Made by a program: the position numbers and the translations under genes. Shown piece after piece: positions 19,158 through 28,727 of a stretch of 64,000 nucleotides of DNA. Below the pieces are notes generated by a model. It had not been told where the DNA came from and did no database searches. It saw only the letters and a program-made list of their open reading frames with translations. The number at the start of each line of letters is the position of its first letter. The first letter of the stretch is position 1. The stretch lies in assembly GCA_905182125.1 (NCBI GenBank), contig CAJJAV010000010.1:68-64067 (forward strand), written 5' to 3'. Source of the stretch: an uncultured Candidatus Poseidoniales archaeon. GTDB lineage: Archaea > Thermoplasmatota > Poseidoniia > Poseidoniales > Poseidoniaceae.

Positions 19158-19517
19158 TCAAGCGCTAGCGAAGACCTTGTTGGCAATGGAGATTCCAACA
19201 GCGTAGCACCCCGCAGTCATCGACATCGAAATCCAAAGGGCGGGCCAGAAATCCATCCCACGTGCGAGCAACAATGGGAGAGCGATGAAAAGCACCAGCG
19301 AAGGTAAAACAAGCCACAGCACTTCGTTCGAAAAAACAGCAATGCGTTCAGCATCTCCCGTGTCATGGTAAAGCCATACGAGCGTCATAATCGAGGCTAG
19401 AGGCAATGAAATGAGCAAAGCGCCGAGGAGGCTGTTTCGCTTGGCGACCTCACTCGCTGCTACCACAATGCCTCCCGAAAGCAGAATTCGGAGCAACAGA
19501 TTCTGCCAAACCATCAT
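19158..19517 (-). CDS. DUF3147-like small membrane protein
   Basis: LSGGIVVAASEVAKRNSLLGALLISLPLASIMTLVWLY...WLVLPSLVLF pattern. Confidence 0.7.
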   Translation of the reverse strand: MMVWQNLLLRILLSGGIVVAASEVAKRNSLLGALLISLPLASIMTLVWLYHDTGDAERIAVFSNEVLWLVLPSLVLFIALPLLLARGMDFWPALWISMSMTAGCYAVGISIANKVFASA

Positions 19518-19642
19518 CAATCCCTGCTCGTGGGGGTTTGTCGTTCTTGCGCCAGTTTCGCTCCTTAGGAGGATGGTTTTTTCAGTTCAAAAACCGCTTC
19601 TTCAAACATAACCCTCATAGAGCAAATACGGAACCCCTCGAC

Positions 19643-20756
19643 ATGGTCGTACACTCTGATAGTTTGAAGAATTGGCTCGCAGACTATGACGCAGACAACA
19701 TCGTCATCGGTGTCGTCGCCTCGCACTCCTCCCTTCAGATACTTCATGGAGCCCGAATGGAGGGCTTCAAAACCCTCGGTATTGCTGTCGGTGAAAATCC
19801 GTCGCCGCTTCTACAAAGCCTTCCCAGGGGCTGAACCTGATGAATGGTTGATGCTCGATCATTACCATGAGATGTTGGACCATGCAGAATGGTTCCGAGA
19901 GCGTAACGTGGTCATCATCCCACACGGATCGCTGGTTGAATACCTTGGTTCGGACAAATTCGGAGCTCTTGAGGTACCGACCTTTGGCAACCGAGGCATC
20001 CTTCACTGGGAAAGCAGCAGAGCACGACAACGCCAGTGGCTTGAAAGCGGTGGCTGCACCATGCCACGTGTGCTTGAAGACCCGCACGATATCGATGGGC
20101 CTGTCATTGTCAAGTACGCTGGAGCAAAGGGCGGACGGGGCTACTTCATCGCACGAGATTACCGAGATTTCCGACGCAACGTCGATATTGAAGAAGAATT
20201 CACCATCCAAGAATACGTCCTTGGATGCCGTTACTACCTCCACTTTTTCTTTGACCCAACCGCTGAAGATGGCTTCCAAGTTCAAGGCCGTGGCAAACAT
20301 GCTGGCAAGAACCTCGGACGATTGGAACTCATGTCTATGGACCGAAGAGACGAATCAAACGTCGATGAATTCTATAAACTTGGATCGTTGCGAGACCTTC
20401 GTGAAATGGCTCTTGAGCCATCGTTTGTCGTCACAGGCAACCAACCAGTTGTGATCCGAGAGTCCCTGCTCCCTCGTGCCTTTGAGATGGCTGAAGGAAC
20501 CGTTGCTGCATCGTTTGAACTTGAAGAAAACAGCCGTGGTATGCTCGGACCATTCTGTTTGGAAACCATCGTCACTGACCAACTTGAATTCAAAGTGTTC
20601 GAAATCAGTGCACGCATTGTGGCTGGATCAAATCCGTTTGTTGGCGGCTCCCCTTATTCAGATATCAACGAGACACGCATGTCCACTGGACGCCGAATCG
20701 CTCGCTCAATCCGTAAGGCAGCAGATGACAACCGTCTGCATGACATTCTGTCTTGA
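19643..20756 (+). CDS. purP: PurP (FAICAR synthetase, ATP-grasp), frameshifted by one extra C at ~19799
   Basis: IGVVASHSSLQILHGAR..GFKT in one frame, continuing as RRRFYKAF...IPHGS.VEYLG, GAKGGRGYF, IQEYVLG, FEISARIVAG in the next. Confidence 0.88.
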
Positions 20757-20914
20757 TTGGCAGCGGTTTGTCGGCCGAACTGCATTGGTAGCCCTACCAT
20801 GAAGTTCCTCTCCTATGGTGTAACAAAGAGTGTTTCTGAGCGCTAAGATTTGGTTCATACATTGTCAAGGCTGACAATGGAGATACATACAAAAGATCAA
20901 CTTGTGCTTAGTTC

Positions 20915-21061
20915 TTAGTTTCCACAGCCGCAACCATGGGTTTGACAAGAAGGGTCTTCGGATTTGGCAACGACTTCCACTGGCTTTGTCTTCTTCGTTT
21001 GGCGGCGGACAGTATTTTGAAATCGAACTTTTCTCTGGTTCTGAGAGGTACGGCGGTCCAT
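20915..21061 (-). CDS. Putative 48-aa basic protein with C-terminal CxxHxCxC motif
   Basis: MDRRTSQNQRKVRFQNTVRRQTKKTKPVEVVAKSEDPSCQTHGCGCGN; TATA-like TTATTAT at -29..-23 preceded by AAAAGG. Confidence 0.45.
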   Translation of the reverse strand: MDRRTSQNQRKVRFQNTVRRQTKKTKPVEVVAKSEDPSCQTHGCGCGN

Positions 21062-21181
21062 GTGTTTGCGTCCGGCTCCCTTGATAATAACCTTTTGTAA
21101 AAAGTTAATAATCACCGTATCGTAAATTAATAACCAAAGGAGCGATTACATGCTTGATAAGGTAAATCAAAGAATGAATTG

Positions 21182-21733
21182 TTATTGAGCGGATGTTTTC
21201 TTTTCGTTGTAAAGGATAAAGATCCAAGCTGCAATCAGGAGTGTGGTGTTGGTAAACCAAAACCATGGAGTCGACCACCTGATTCCATCAAACATGAGAT
21301 CTGAAATCGGATGAAACACTGGGGTCGGGAAAAATTTGAGCGTGTGAGATGGTATATCTGTCAAGATATGAAAAAACCACGGTGTCCAAAGTATGAATGC
21401 TTGTTTTCCAGGCGTATATGTTGAAAGGAATAAATCCTGCATGAACTTAGGCGTTCCTTTTTTCTCTAAGTAAAGCCACGTTAAGAGGCAACAAATTGTA
21501 ACAATAATCAGGCTATGACTCCACTGGTAAATACCCCAGGAAAGCGGGTGGAAGTCTGCAGTGACAGTATTATCATTAATCTCTGGTTTCTGAAATCCAG
21601 TAAAGGCCCCCACAATCGATGCAGGAACAAATGCGACTAAGTCAGGCAACACTCCCATTGGCCCAGCGACTCTGGCTTTCACTTTCCCACGCGTAACGGC
21701 CATGCCCCATAGCCAGTGTGATAGAACATCCAT
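21182..21733 (-). CDS. Membrane-bound metal-dependent hydrolase (YdjM/DUF457-like)
   Basis: MDVLSHW, GVLPDL, WSHSL and HILTD motifs. Confidence 0.75.
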   Translation of the reverse strand: MDVLSHWLWGMAVTRGKVKARVAGPMGVLPDLVAFVPASIVGAFTGFQKPEINDNTVTADFHPLSWGIYQWSHSLIIVTICCLLTWLYLEKKGTPKFMQDLFLSTYTPGKQAFILWTPWFFHILTDIPSHTLKFFPTPVFHPISDLMFDGIRWSTPWFWFTNTTLLIAAWIFILYNEKKTSAQ

Positions 21734-21782
21734 GGCTTCTGGTTTGAAGTTGGGCTCTTATTGTTGTTGGTCGATGAACGGT

Positions 21783-24700
21783 TCAATACCCATACTTGCT
21801 GGCCATTTTCGTCACAGGTCGATCTTCCCCTGGTGGGCGGTCTCGATCCCTGCGCCTTTTCATTCGACGATCTAAGATAAACACCATGAGAATCATGAAA
21901 CTAAAGAGCACGAGGAAGAGTATTTTAAACGTATTTTGCGGTGTGATTTCAGTGGACGAGGAAGAGGATTCACCAAGAAGGCACGATGATTGACCGATCT
22001 TATCTTGATGCATCCCGAGTGGACACTCGGTCTGTTCCGACTGACCTTCAAGTTTGACATAATGATCGGAATCAGCCCACAAACAATCGCTCTCCAATGT
22101 CGAGCCTGAAATTGGATTGTAGGTGCCAACGCGGCAAAGTATTGTTTGATTCTGACCGGTTTCCAAAACATAAGAGCCGGGTTCAGCGTCGAGGCAATCA
22201 TCGATGGAACCCCTCCCTGGCATTGGATTGTACGTCCCAATAGGGCATGCGATTTCGATGGATTGGGCCGGGAGGTCAACGTAGTACCCCCGCGAAGCCA
22301 ATTCGCACGAAGTGGATGCATTTGCACCCGTTGTTGGATTGTAGCTCCCCAAAGGGCACGGTGTTTCATCTGCGCGCCCTTCTTCATCCACATAGTGCCC
22401 CAGCGAGGCGTTGAGACAGTCCTGTGAATTATTGGAGGCGGCATTTGAGTTGTATGTTCCTTTTTGACAGGGAGTTTGCAGTTCTTGACCCGTCATGTTG
22501 ACAAAATGACCAGGTGTGGCATCAACGCAATCAGAGGCATTGATTGAACCCATGTTCGGGTTGAACGTGCCAAGCCCACATTCACTTTGATTATATTGAC
22601 CTTTGAGGGGTACAAAATGGCCGCCCCAAGCAGGTGTGCATTCCGATTGGCCACTGGCGGGTTGGAATGTACCCCGGCTGCATTCGAGCTGAACCGATTG
22701 GGCAGTCTCATTCACGAAATGGCCAGGATCGGCATCGGTGCACAAGACTTGGCCGGTTTGGTTTACGAATGTTCCAAGGCTGCATTCGGTTTGATTCCAC
22801 TGTCCAAAGGCTTCAGCATGGTGGCCAATGTCTGTTGCTAAGCAATCATTTGGATCAGAAGAGCCGTTCAATGGATTGTAGGTGCCTGGATCACATGGGG
22901 TTTGATCACCTTGGCCTGTTTCATTCACGAAATGACCGCGAGTTGCTGGAAGGCACCACGTGGAGTTGTTTGCTCCACGAAGTGGATTGTATGTGCCCAC
23001 TGAGCACGGTACTTCGGTGGATTGACCAAGAAGCGAAACATAGGAACCGCGTGAAGCGTTGAGGCAGGAAGATTGCCCCGTCTGATTTTGCAAGGTACCG
23101 ATGGGGCATGCAGTTTGGTTGTACCTGCCCGTCTCATTGACGAAGTGACCGATGTCCGCTGGCTGGCAATCTGTTGAAAAGATTGAACCGTTGTCGGGGT
23201 TATAAGATCCTTCGAGGCATGCTGTTTGGTTCACTTGCCCCGTTTCATTGGCATAATGGCCCCATTCTGCTGGCCGGCAGTCGACTTGTTCAGTTTCGTT
23301 TTGGAAGGTCCCGATGGGGCATGGTATTTGCGAAGTTTGAGCGGTCATGTTGACGAAGTGACCCAAGTCAGAAGGAAGGCATGCTTGCGAACGGGTGCCA
23401 GGTTGGAAGGTCCCCACATCGCAAGGTAACTGTTCGCCTTGGCCGATGAGGTCGACGTAGTGGCCCGCTGTGGAATCAAAACAGGCGTTGATGCTTTCAC
23501 CACTTGTTGTTGGGTTGTAGGTGCCAACGGGGCACGGTCGTTCTCCGATTTGTCCAACTTTGTCAACATAATGGCCGATGGATGCATCAGTGGGATAGAT
23601 TGCATCATTCGCAGGCACGTACTTGCCAAGTCCCACCGTGGTGCATGCGTATCGACCATAGGTCGGTGCAACGCATTTCACCGTGCGCATGATGTCTTCA
23701 GGATAGGCGTCTAACGGATCGGCAACGCCGTCACCGTCTTGGTCCCCATTGTCAATGGCAAGGGAACGCGGAATCACAAGAGGAATGGTGTAGGTGAAAT
23801 TGACTTGGTTTGAAGTGTCGTTGTTTCCAATTTGACCGGCGGTACCCTTTCCAGTGCAAGCAACAGATTGGTTGTCATAGAGCACACACGTGCGGTATTT
23901 TCCAGCTGCCAATTCAACAACACTGCGCTCAGAAGCAACACTGCTAGCAGGGGTTGGATTGAATTGATCAGATGTCCCTCCGTTGCCAAGTTGGCCATCG
24001 GAGCCAACACCCCAACACGACGCTGAGCCATCGTCAAGGACGGCACATGTGTGATCAAATCCTAAAGAAATGGCAACTGCAGTTCTTCCGCTACCAAGGG
24101 TGCTCGTCAAGGTAGGCGTGTATTTGTCAGGCCTCACTCCATTCCCCAATCGGCCACCATTTCCGTACCCCCAACAAGAGACTTCGCCATTGTCGAGGAT
24201 TGCACAGGTATGCATGGCACCAGCAGAGATCGCTACTGCAGTCCGACCAACGCCAAGACTGCTGACTAATGTGGGTGTATTCTGATTTACCGAGGAGCCG
24301 TTACCCAGAACGCCGGAGATTCCTCTCCCCCAACAAGAGATTGAGCCATTATCAAGCAAAGCGCATGTATGCGATTCCTTCGTTGTAACATCAATCGCCG
24401 TTCGTCCCGCCCCAAGGCTACCGGTCAAAACTGGCGTGAAGCGCTTTTGAGTGGTTCCGTCGCCCAACTGCCCGTAGGTATTGTCACCCCAGCAGGCAAC
24501 TGAGCCGTTGTCAAGAACTGCGCAAGTATAACCGTGTCCCGCAGAAAGAGCGACTGCAGTACGGCCTGCTCCAAAGCTAGTGGTCAAGATTGGTGTATTC
24601 TGTTGTCCTGAATTGCCGTTGCCTAATGCCCCCTGCCATCCAGTGCCCCAACAAGAAACTGAACCGTTATCGAGAAGAGCGCAAGTGTGGTACCAGCCGA

Positions 24701-27332
24701 CAGAAATTGCTACAGCTGTGCGGCCTGAACCAAAACTGGATACGAAAACTGGAGCAATTTGATTTGTGGTGTTCCCGTTACCGAGTTGGCCTTCAGCCCC
24801 CCGACCCCAGCATGCAACTGAACCGTTGCCAAGCAAAGCGCACGAGTGATCGCCACCGGCTGAGATTGATGAAACTGAGGGCCCAAGCGTCTTTGTCAAG
24901 ACTGGTGAGGCTTGGTTTGCGATTTCCCCATTTCCGAGTTGACCGTTGAGGCCCGCGCCCCAACATGATATTTTTCCAGAATCAAGAACGACACACCCGT
25001 GGTATGAACCAACTGAGAGGGATGTTGCAAGCTTTCCATCACCAAAGGAAACTGTTGGCGTAGGCACGTACACTCGAGAAGAGCTCCCCGTTCCGAGACG
25101 CCCTGACCCACCCTCACCCCAACAGACAACTTCGCCACTGTCAAGCAGAGCGCAGATGTGGTGGTCGCCTGATGAAACTGAAACTGCAAGTTTCCCTGCA
25201 CCAAATCCACTGGTCAACCCTGGAGATGGACGCTTTGTACTTGTTCCATCCCCATTCTGGCCGTAGGCGCCTTCGCCCCAGCATGAAACATCCCCGACGT
25301 CGAGAAGGGCGCACGAATGGTGGCTGCCAACGGAAACTGAAATCGGGGTCGTGTTGGCAGGGAAAGCATTCACTTGAACCGGAGCGTTCCTTTGGCTTTC
25401 CGTCCCGTCGCCTAATTTTCCGTAATTATTTTTGCCCCAACACATCACGTTTCCATCATCGATTAATGCACAAGCATGATCAGTATAAAGGGACACTGAG
25501 AGGGCTTTTTTGCCCGCTCCAAAACTTGTGGTTGGCGTAGGGTCGGTTGAGGAAGTCGTGGCCCCGTTGCCAAGTTGGCCAGAAGTACCCTTGCCCCAGC
25601 ACGACACTGTTCCATCGCTCAATACCGCACACGTCACCGAGGATCCTGTTGAAATCTGAACCGCAGTTCTGTTGCTTCCAAATTCTCCAACCAGTGTAGG
25701 GCTTGTCAAATCGACCTTTGTGTTGTTAGTAAGGTATTGCTCACCCCAACAAGAAACCGATCCATTATCGAGCAGGGCGCACGTGTGCGTCCATCCTGCA
25801 TCAACGGCCTGTGCGGTTCTTCCTGCACCCAAAGAGAGGGTTGTTGCTGGTGTCAAGTGGTTTGTTTTGTCCCCGGTCCCAAGTTGCCCGTTTGTGTTGT
25901 CACCCCAACACGTGATCGAGTCGTCATCAAGAATGGCGCAGGTGTGCTTGTATCCCGCTGAAAGCCCGCTTGCCTTGAAGTCAAAGCGAATCGGAGTTTC
26001 AAAGATATTAAACACGCCATTTCCATTGAAATCCCGTTCCGAAACAGCGACTGATCTTAGCGCTGGCAGTATCGATAACGGGGTTGGCGAGGGTTGAGTT
26101 GAACCCGGAACACCAGGTGGTGAATCGCCCCAACAGGACACTGAAAAATCATCGAGAATTGCGCATGAGTATGTGTTGCCCGAAGTGATTGAAAGAGCGG
26201 TTCTGTTCACGCCGAGGCTGGATGTCAAGGTGGGAACCAATTGCGTATTTTCCACGCCGTCATTGCCGCCTCTTCCGTTCGCGCTCACGCCCCAACATGA
26301 AACATTACCATCGCTCAATACTGCGCAAGTGTGCTTGTGCTTTGCAGAGATCGCAACTGCCGTTCGCCCTTCTCCAAAGGGCTCGACGGCTTCTGGAGTG
26401 AGTTGGTCTGAAGTGGAACCGCTTCCCAAAAAGCCGTCAAGGCCACTGCCCCAACAAACAACAGACCCTTTGCTAAGCATTGCGCAAGTGTGGTCATCGC
26501 CCGAGGCAAGTGCAACTGGTTTGAACGCTGAAGGAATTGCTGCGATTGGTGCGGGTGAGGTTGATGAGGCAACACCGCCGTTGCCAAGTTGGCCCTTTGC
26601 CCCGTTGCCCCAGCACAGTGTGGAGCCGTTGTCAAGAATGGTGCAGGTATGGTAGAGGCCGCTTGAAATGGATTTAGCACTTCGATTCTCACCCAGGGAG
26701 TCTGTAAGTTGCGGCGAAGCGGAAGAAGAAGTGGCCCCGTTACCAAGTCGACCTTCAGACCCGGCACCCCAGCATGCAATAGCACCATCGTCAAGGATCG
26801 CACAGGTGTGCGAATGGCCTGCGGAAAGGGTGATCGCTTTTTGCCCCGATGGGAAGGGGAGCACAGGGGAAGGAACACTGCTGGTGCTTTGCAATGCACC
26901 GTTGCCAAGTTGTCCGTCTTCGCCTTCCCCCCAACATGAAACTGAACCGTTGTCAAGCAGAGCGCAGGTATGACGAGCTCCTGCAGTGATTGCTTTTGCA
27001 GTACGGCCGGGTCCAAAACTTGAGACATAGACAGGGGTTGATTGATCGGATGTGTCGTTGTTCCCTAACTGGCCGTCCGCTCCTTTACCCCAACAAGCCA
27101 CCGATGCGTTATCGAGGATGGTGCACATGTGTTCAGCGCCGATTGCAATTGTGGCTTGAGTGAAAATCGATCCTTCTTGGAATCCTGCCGCTTGGGCAGA
27201 GGATTGAGAAACCAAAACTGGGCTTTGTCCCGTCGCTTCTTGAAGGGGGGTGGCAAAGGTGTTGATGCCAGCAGAGCAACTCAGTGCAGCCATCAGGAAA
27301 ACCAAAAAATAGGCCTTCAGGGGTCTGCTCAT
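21783..27332 (-). CDS. Giant surface protein: 21 RCC1-like repeats, Ca-binding DxDxDG motif, 15 Cys-rich (GCC2/GCC3, ephrin-receptor-like) repeats, C-terminal TM
   Basis: Repeated GxxHxCAxLDxGxVxCWGxGxxGQLG; DQDGDGVADPLDAYPED; repeated CPxGTYN...C...GHFV..TGQ; signal peptide and C-terminal TM followed by RRMKRRR. Confidence 0.9.
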   Translation of the reverse strand: MSRPLKAYFLVFLMAALSCSAGINTFATPLQEATGQSPVLVSQSSAQAAGFQEGSIFTQATIAIGAEHMCTILDNASVACWGKGADGQLGNNDTSDQSTPVYVSSFGPGRTAKAITAGARHTCALLDNGSVSCWGEGEDGQLGNGALQSTSSVPSPVLPFPSGQKAITLSAGHSHTCAILDDGAIACWGAGSEGRLGNGATSSSASPQLTDSLGENRSAKSISSGLYHTCTILDNGSTLCWGNGAKGQLGNGGVASSTSPAPIAAIPSAFKPVALASGDDHTCAMLSKGSVVCWGSGLDGFLGSGSTSDQLTPEAVEPFGEGRTAVAISAKHKHTCAVLSDGNVSCWGVSANGRGGNDGVENTQLVPTLTSSLGVNRTALSITSGNTYSCAILDDFSVSCWGDSPPGVPGSTQPSPTPLSILPALRSVAVSERDFNGNGVFNIFETPIRFDFKASGLSAGYKHTCAILDDDSITCWGDNTNGQLGTGDKTNHLTPATTLSLGAGRTAQAVDAGWTHTCALLDNGSVSCWGEQYLTNNTKVDLTSPTLVGEFGSNRTAVQISTGSSVTCAVLSDGTVSCWGKGTSGQLGNGATTSSTDPTPTTSFGAGKKALSVSLYTDHACALIDDGNVMCWGKNNYGKLGDGTESQRNAPVQVNAFPANTTPISVSVGSHHSCALLDVGDVSCWGEGAYGQNGDGTSTKRPSPGLTSGFGAGKLAVSVSSGDHHICALLDSGEVVCWGEGGSGRLGTGSSSRVYVPTPTVSFGDGKLATSLSVGSYHGCVVLDSGKISCWGAGLNGQLGNGEIANQASPVLTKTLGPSVSSISAGGDHSCALLGNGSVACWGRGAEGQLGNGNTTNQIAPVFVSSFGSGRTAVAISVGWYHTCALLDNGSVSCWGTGWQGALGNGNSGQQNTPILTTSFGAGRTAVALSAGHGYTCAVLDNGSVACWGDNTYGQLGDGTTQKRFTPVLTGSLGAGRTAIDVTTKESHTCALLDNGSISCWGRGISGVLGNGSSVNQNTPTLVSSLGVGRTAVAISAGAMHTCAILDNGEVSCWGYGNGGRLGNGVRPDKYTPTLTSTLGSGRTAVAISLGFDHTCAVLDDGSASCWGVGSDGQLGNGGTSDQFNPTPASSVASERSVVELAAGKYRTCVLYDNQSVACTGKGTAGQIGNNDTSNQVNFTYTIPLVIPRSLAIDNGDQDGDGVADPLDAYPEDIMRTVKCVAPTYGRYACTTVGLGKYVPANDAIYPTDASIGHYVDKVGQIGERPCPVGTYNPTTSGESINACFDSTAGHYVDLIGQGEQLPCDVGTFQPGTRSQACLPSDLGHFVNMTAQTSQIPCPIGTFQNETEQVDCRPAEWGHYANETGQVNQTACLEGSYNPDNGSIFSTDCQPADIGHFVNETGRYNQTACPIGTLQNQTGQSSCLNASRGSYVSLLGQSTEVPCSVGTYNPLRGANNSTWCLPATRGHFVNETGQGDQTPCDPGTYNPLNGSSDPNDCLATDIGHHAEAFGQWNQTECSLGTFVNQTGQVLCTDADPGHFVNETAQSVQLECSRGTFQPASGQSECTPAWGGHFVPLKGQYNQSECGLGTFNPNMGSINASDCVDATPGHFVNMTGQELQTPCQKGTYNSNAASNNSQDCLNASLGHYVDEEGRADETPCPLGSYNPTTGANASTSCELASRGYYVDLPAQSIEIACPIGTYNPMPGRGSIDDCLDAEPGSYVLETGQNQTILCRVGTYNPISGSTLESDCLWADSDHYVKLEGQSEQTECPLGMHQDKIGQSSCLLGESSSSSTEITPQNTFKILFLVLFSFMILMVFILDRRMKRRRDRDRPPGEDRPVTKMASKYGY

Positions 27333-27410
27333 ACCGGAACCAAACAAGGGGGGGATTTCAACTCTCTTCTTTTCAAGAGGAACTGGCCTTCAAAGGAAAG
27401 CAGGTGATTC

Positions 27411-28673
27411 TCAATTCGAATCCGAAGCAGAGTCAGTGAGTTCATCCAAATCAGGGGCACTCGGCAATTCAGTCCCAGTTGCCGATTGGGAACCTTCTCT
27501 TTCAAGACGCTCATTGAGTTCATTGATTAATTCATTCGAAACTTCAGGGGTTTCCGATGGCGCACTAGGTTCCAGTACATCTTCTGGGATCTCACCACGC
27601 TCAAGGGCTGCGAGGCGGTCTTCGAGGGCCTGCTTGCGACGGCGGCGCTCTGCCATACTCGGCACCTCAAAGGTCGCCACGAGCATGATTGGATCGCCGT
27701 GAGTGAGTGCTGCCTTGTACTCCATCACATCAACAACGCCATCGTTGTCTTCATCGTGAAGTGAATTGATGATCACTTGGAACTTCGTAGGATCTCGAGA
27801 CCGTCGCTTCTTGTGCTTCTTGTAATGGTGCACATAGACTTGATACTTGCCTGCGGGAGCTGTGCCTTCTGGCCAGTAGACGTTTTCCACAGGCTTTTTG
27901 CTTTCTGGGCGAACGTTAGCGTCGACGTCGAGTTCTCCACCGCACTTTGAGATTTTATTCCCTCCGTGTATCCGTTCGCCTGAAGGGCATACGATGTGCA
28001 AATCCAAGTCGTTAAAGTTGTTCCACATCAAGGACACTTGAACGTCAGAAGATCGAGCCCCTTCACGGCTTAGACGTTCCTGAAGATCTTTCATAGCGGC
28101 CTGTGCCGCTTGCTTTGATTGTATATCGTCGGCTTGACGAGCTGATTCGATTTCTGCGATTCGAGCTGTTTCTGCTTCATCCAGTTCGTTTTGACGCACG
28201 GTTTCAAGTTCAGCCAATTGAGCTGAGCGGGCTTCAGCAAGTCGAGCTTCTTCCCTGTCGCGTCGTCGCTGCTCTGCTTCATCTTCGGCCTGTTGAGACG
28301 CTGCGTTCGCTTCGGCTTGGGCTTCTGCGATGGCCGCCAAGCGGAGTCGTTCTGCATCGCGCACACGATTTGCTTCGTCCTTGGCCGTTCGCTCTGCAGC
28401 CTGATTGCGAACGTTGCGTTCTGCATCGAGTTGAGCGACGCGACCACGTGCTAAATCACGGGCACGGCGGCGTTCTTCGACAATAGCCAGTTTAGCGTTG
28501 ATCTGTTGTTTGGCGCTGCCAAATCCTGGCCCACCTGTGTTGTAGCGCAAACCTTCTGGACCGATGCCCTGGCGCATGTTTAGTTTCGTATCGCCACGGG
28601 CAACAATGTACCACAAACCGATACCAAAACCGCCACCAAGGGCGGCTAACATACCCATCGACTGCGCATCCAT
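27411..28673 (-). CDS. Membrane-anchored coiled-coil protein with YfaP/DUF2135-like domain
   Basis: N-terminal TM, long Ala/Glu/Arg coiled coil, DVQVSLMWNNFNDLDLHIVCPSGERI..GGELDVDAN..VENVYWP..APAGKYQVYVHHY. Confidence 0.75.
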   Translation of the reverse strand: MDAQSMGMLAALGGGFGIGLWYIVARGDTKLNMRQGIGPEGLRYNTGGPGFGSAKQQINAKLAIVEERRRARDLARGRVAQLDAERNVRNQAAERTAKDEANRVRDAERLRLAAIAEAQAEANAASQQAEDEAEQRRRDREEARLAEARSAQLAELETVRQNELDEAETARIAEIESARQADDIQSKQAAQAAMKDLQERLSREGARSSDVQVSLMWNNFNDLDLHIVCPSGERIHGGNKISKCGGELDVDANVRPESKKPVENVYWPEGTAPAGKYQVYVHHYKKHKKRRSRDPTKFQVIINSLHDEDNDGVVDVMEYKAALTHGDPIMLVATFEVPSMAERRRRKQALEDRLAALERGEIPEDVLEPSAPSETPEVSNELINELNERLEREGSQSATGTELPSAPDLDELTDSASDSN

Positions 28674-28727
28674 TGACTCACCCTAGGTGGAACCTGTCTA
28701 TTGTAGCATCGGTTGTTTAGGCTTGAA

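Noticed and set aside
25672-26973. Plus-strand ORFs over the RCC1 gene (and similar shadow ORFs such as 1..459, 61237..62004, 47613..48227)
   Set aside because: They are antisense or alternate-frame shadows of well-supported genes with no recognisable motifs
21783-27332. CRISPR array or DNA-level tandem repeat
   Set aside because: The periodicity comes from degenerate protein repeats in one ORF; there are no identical nucleotide repeats with unique spacers
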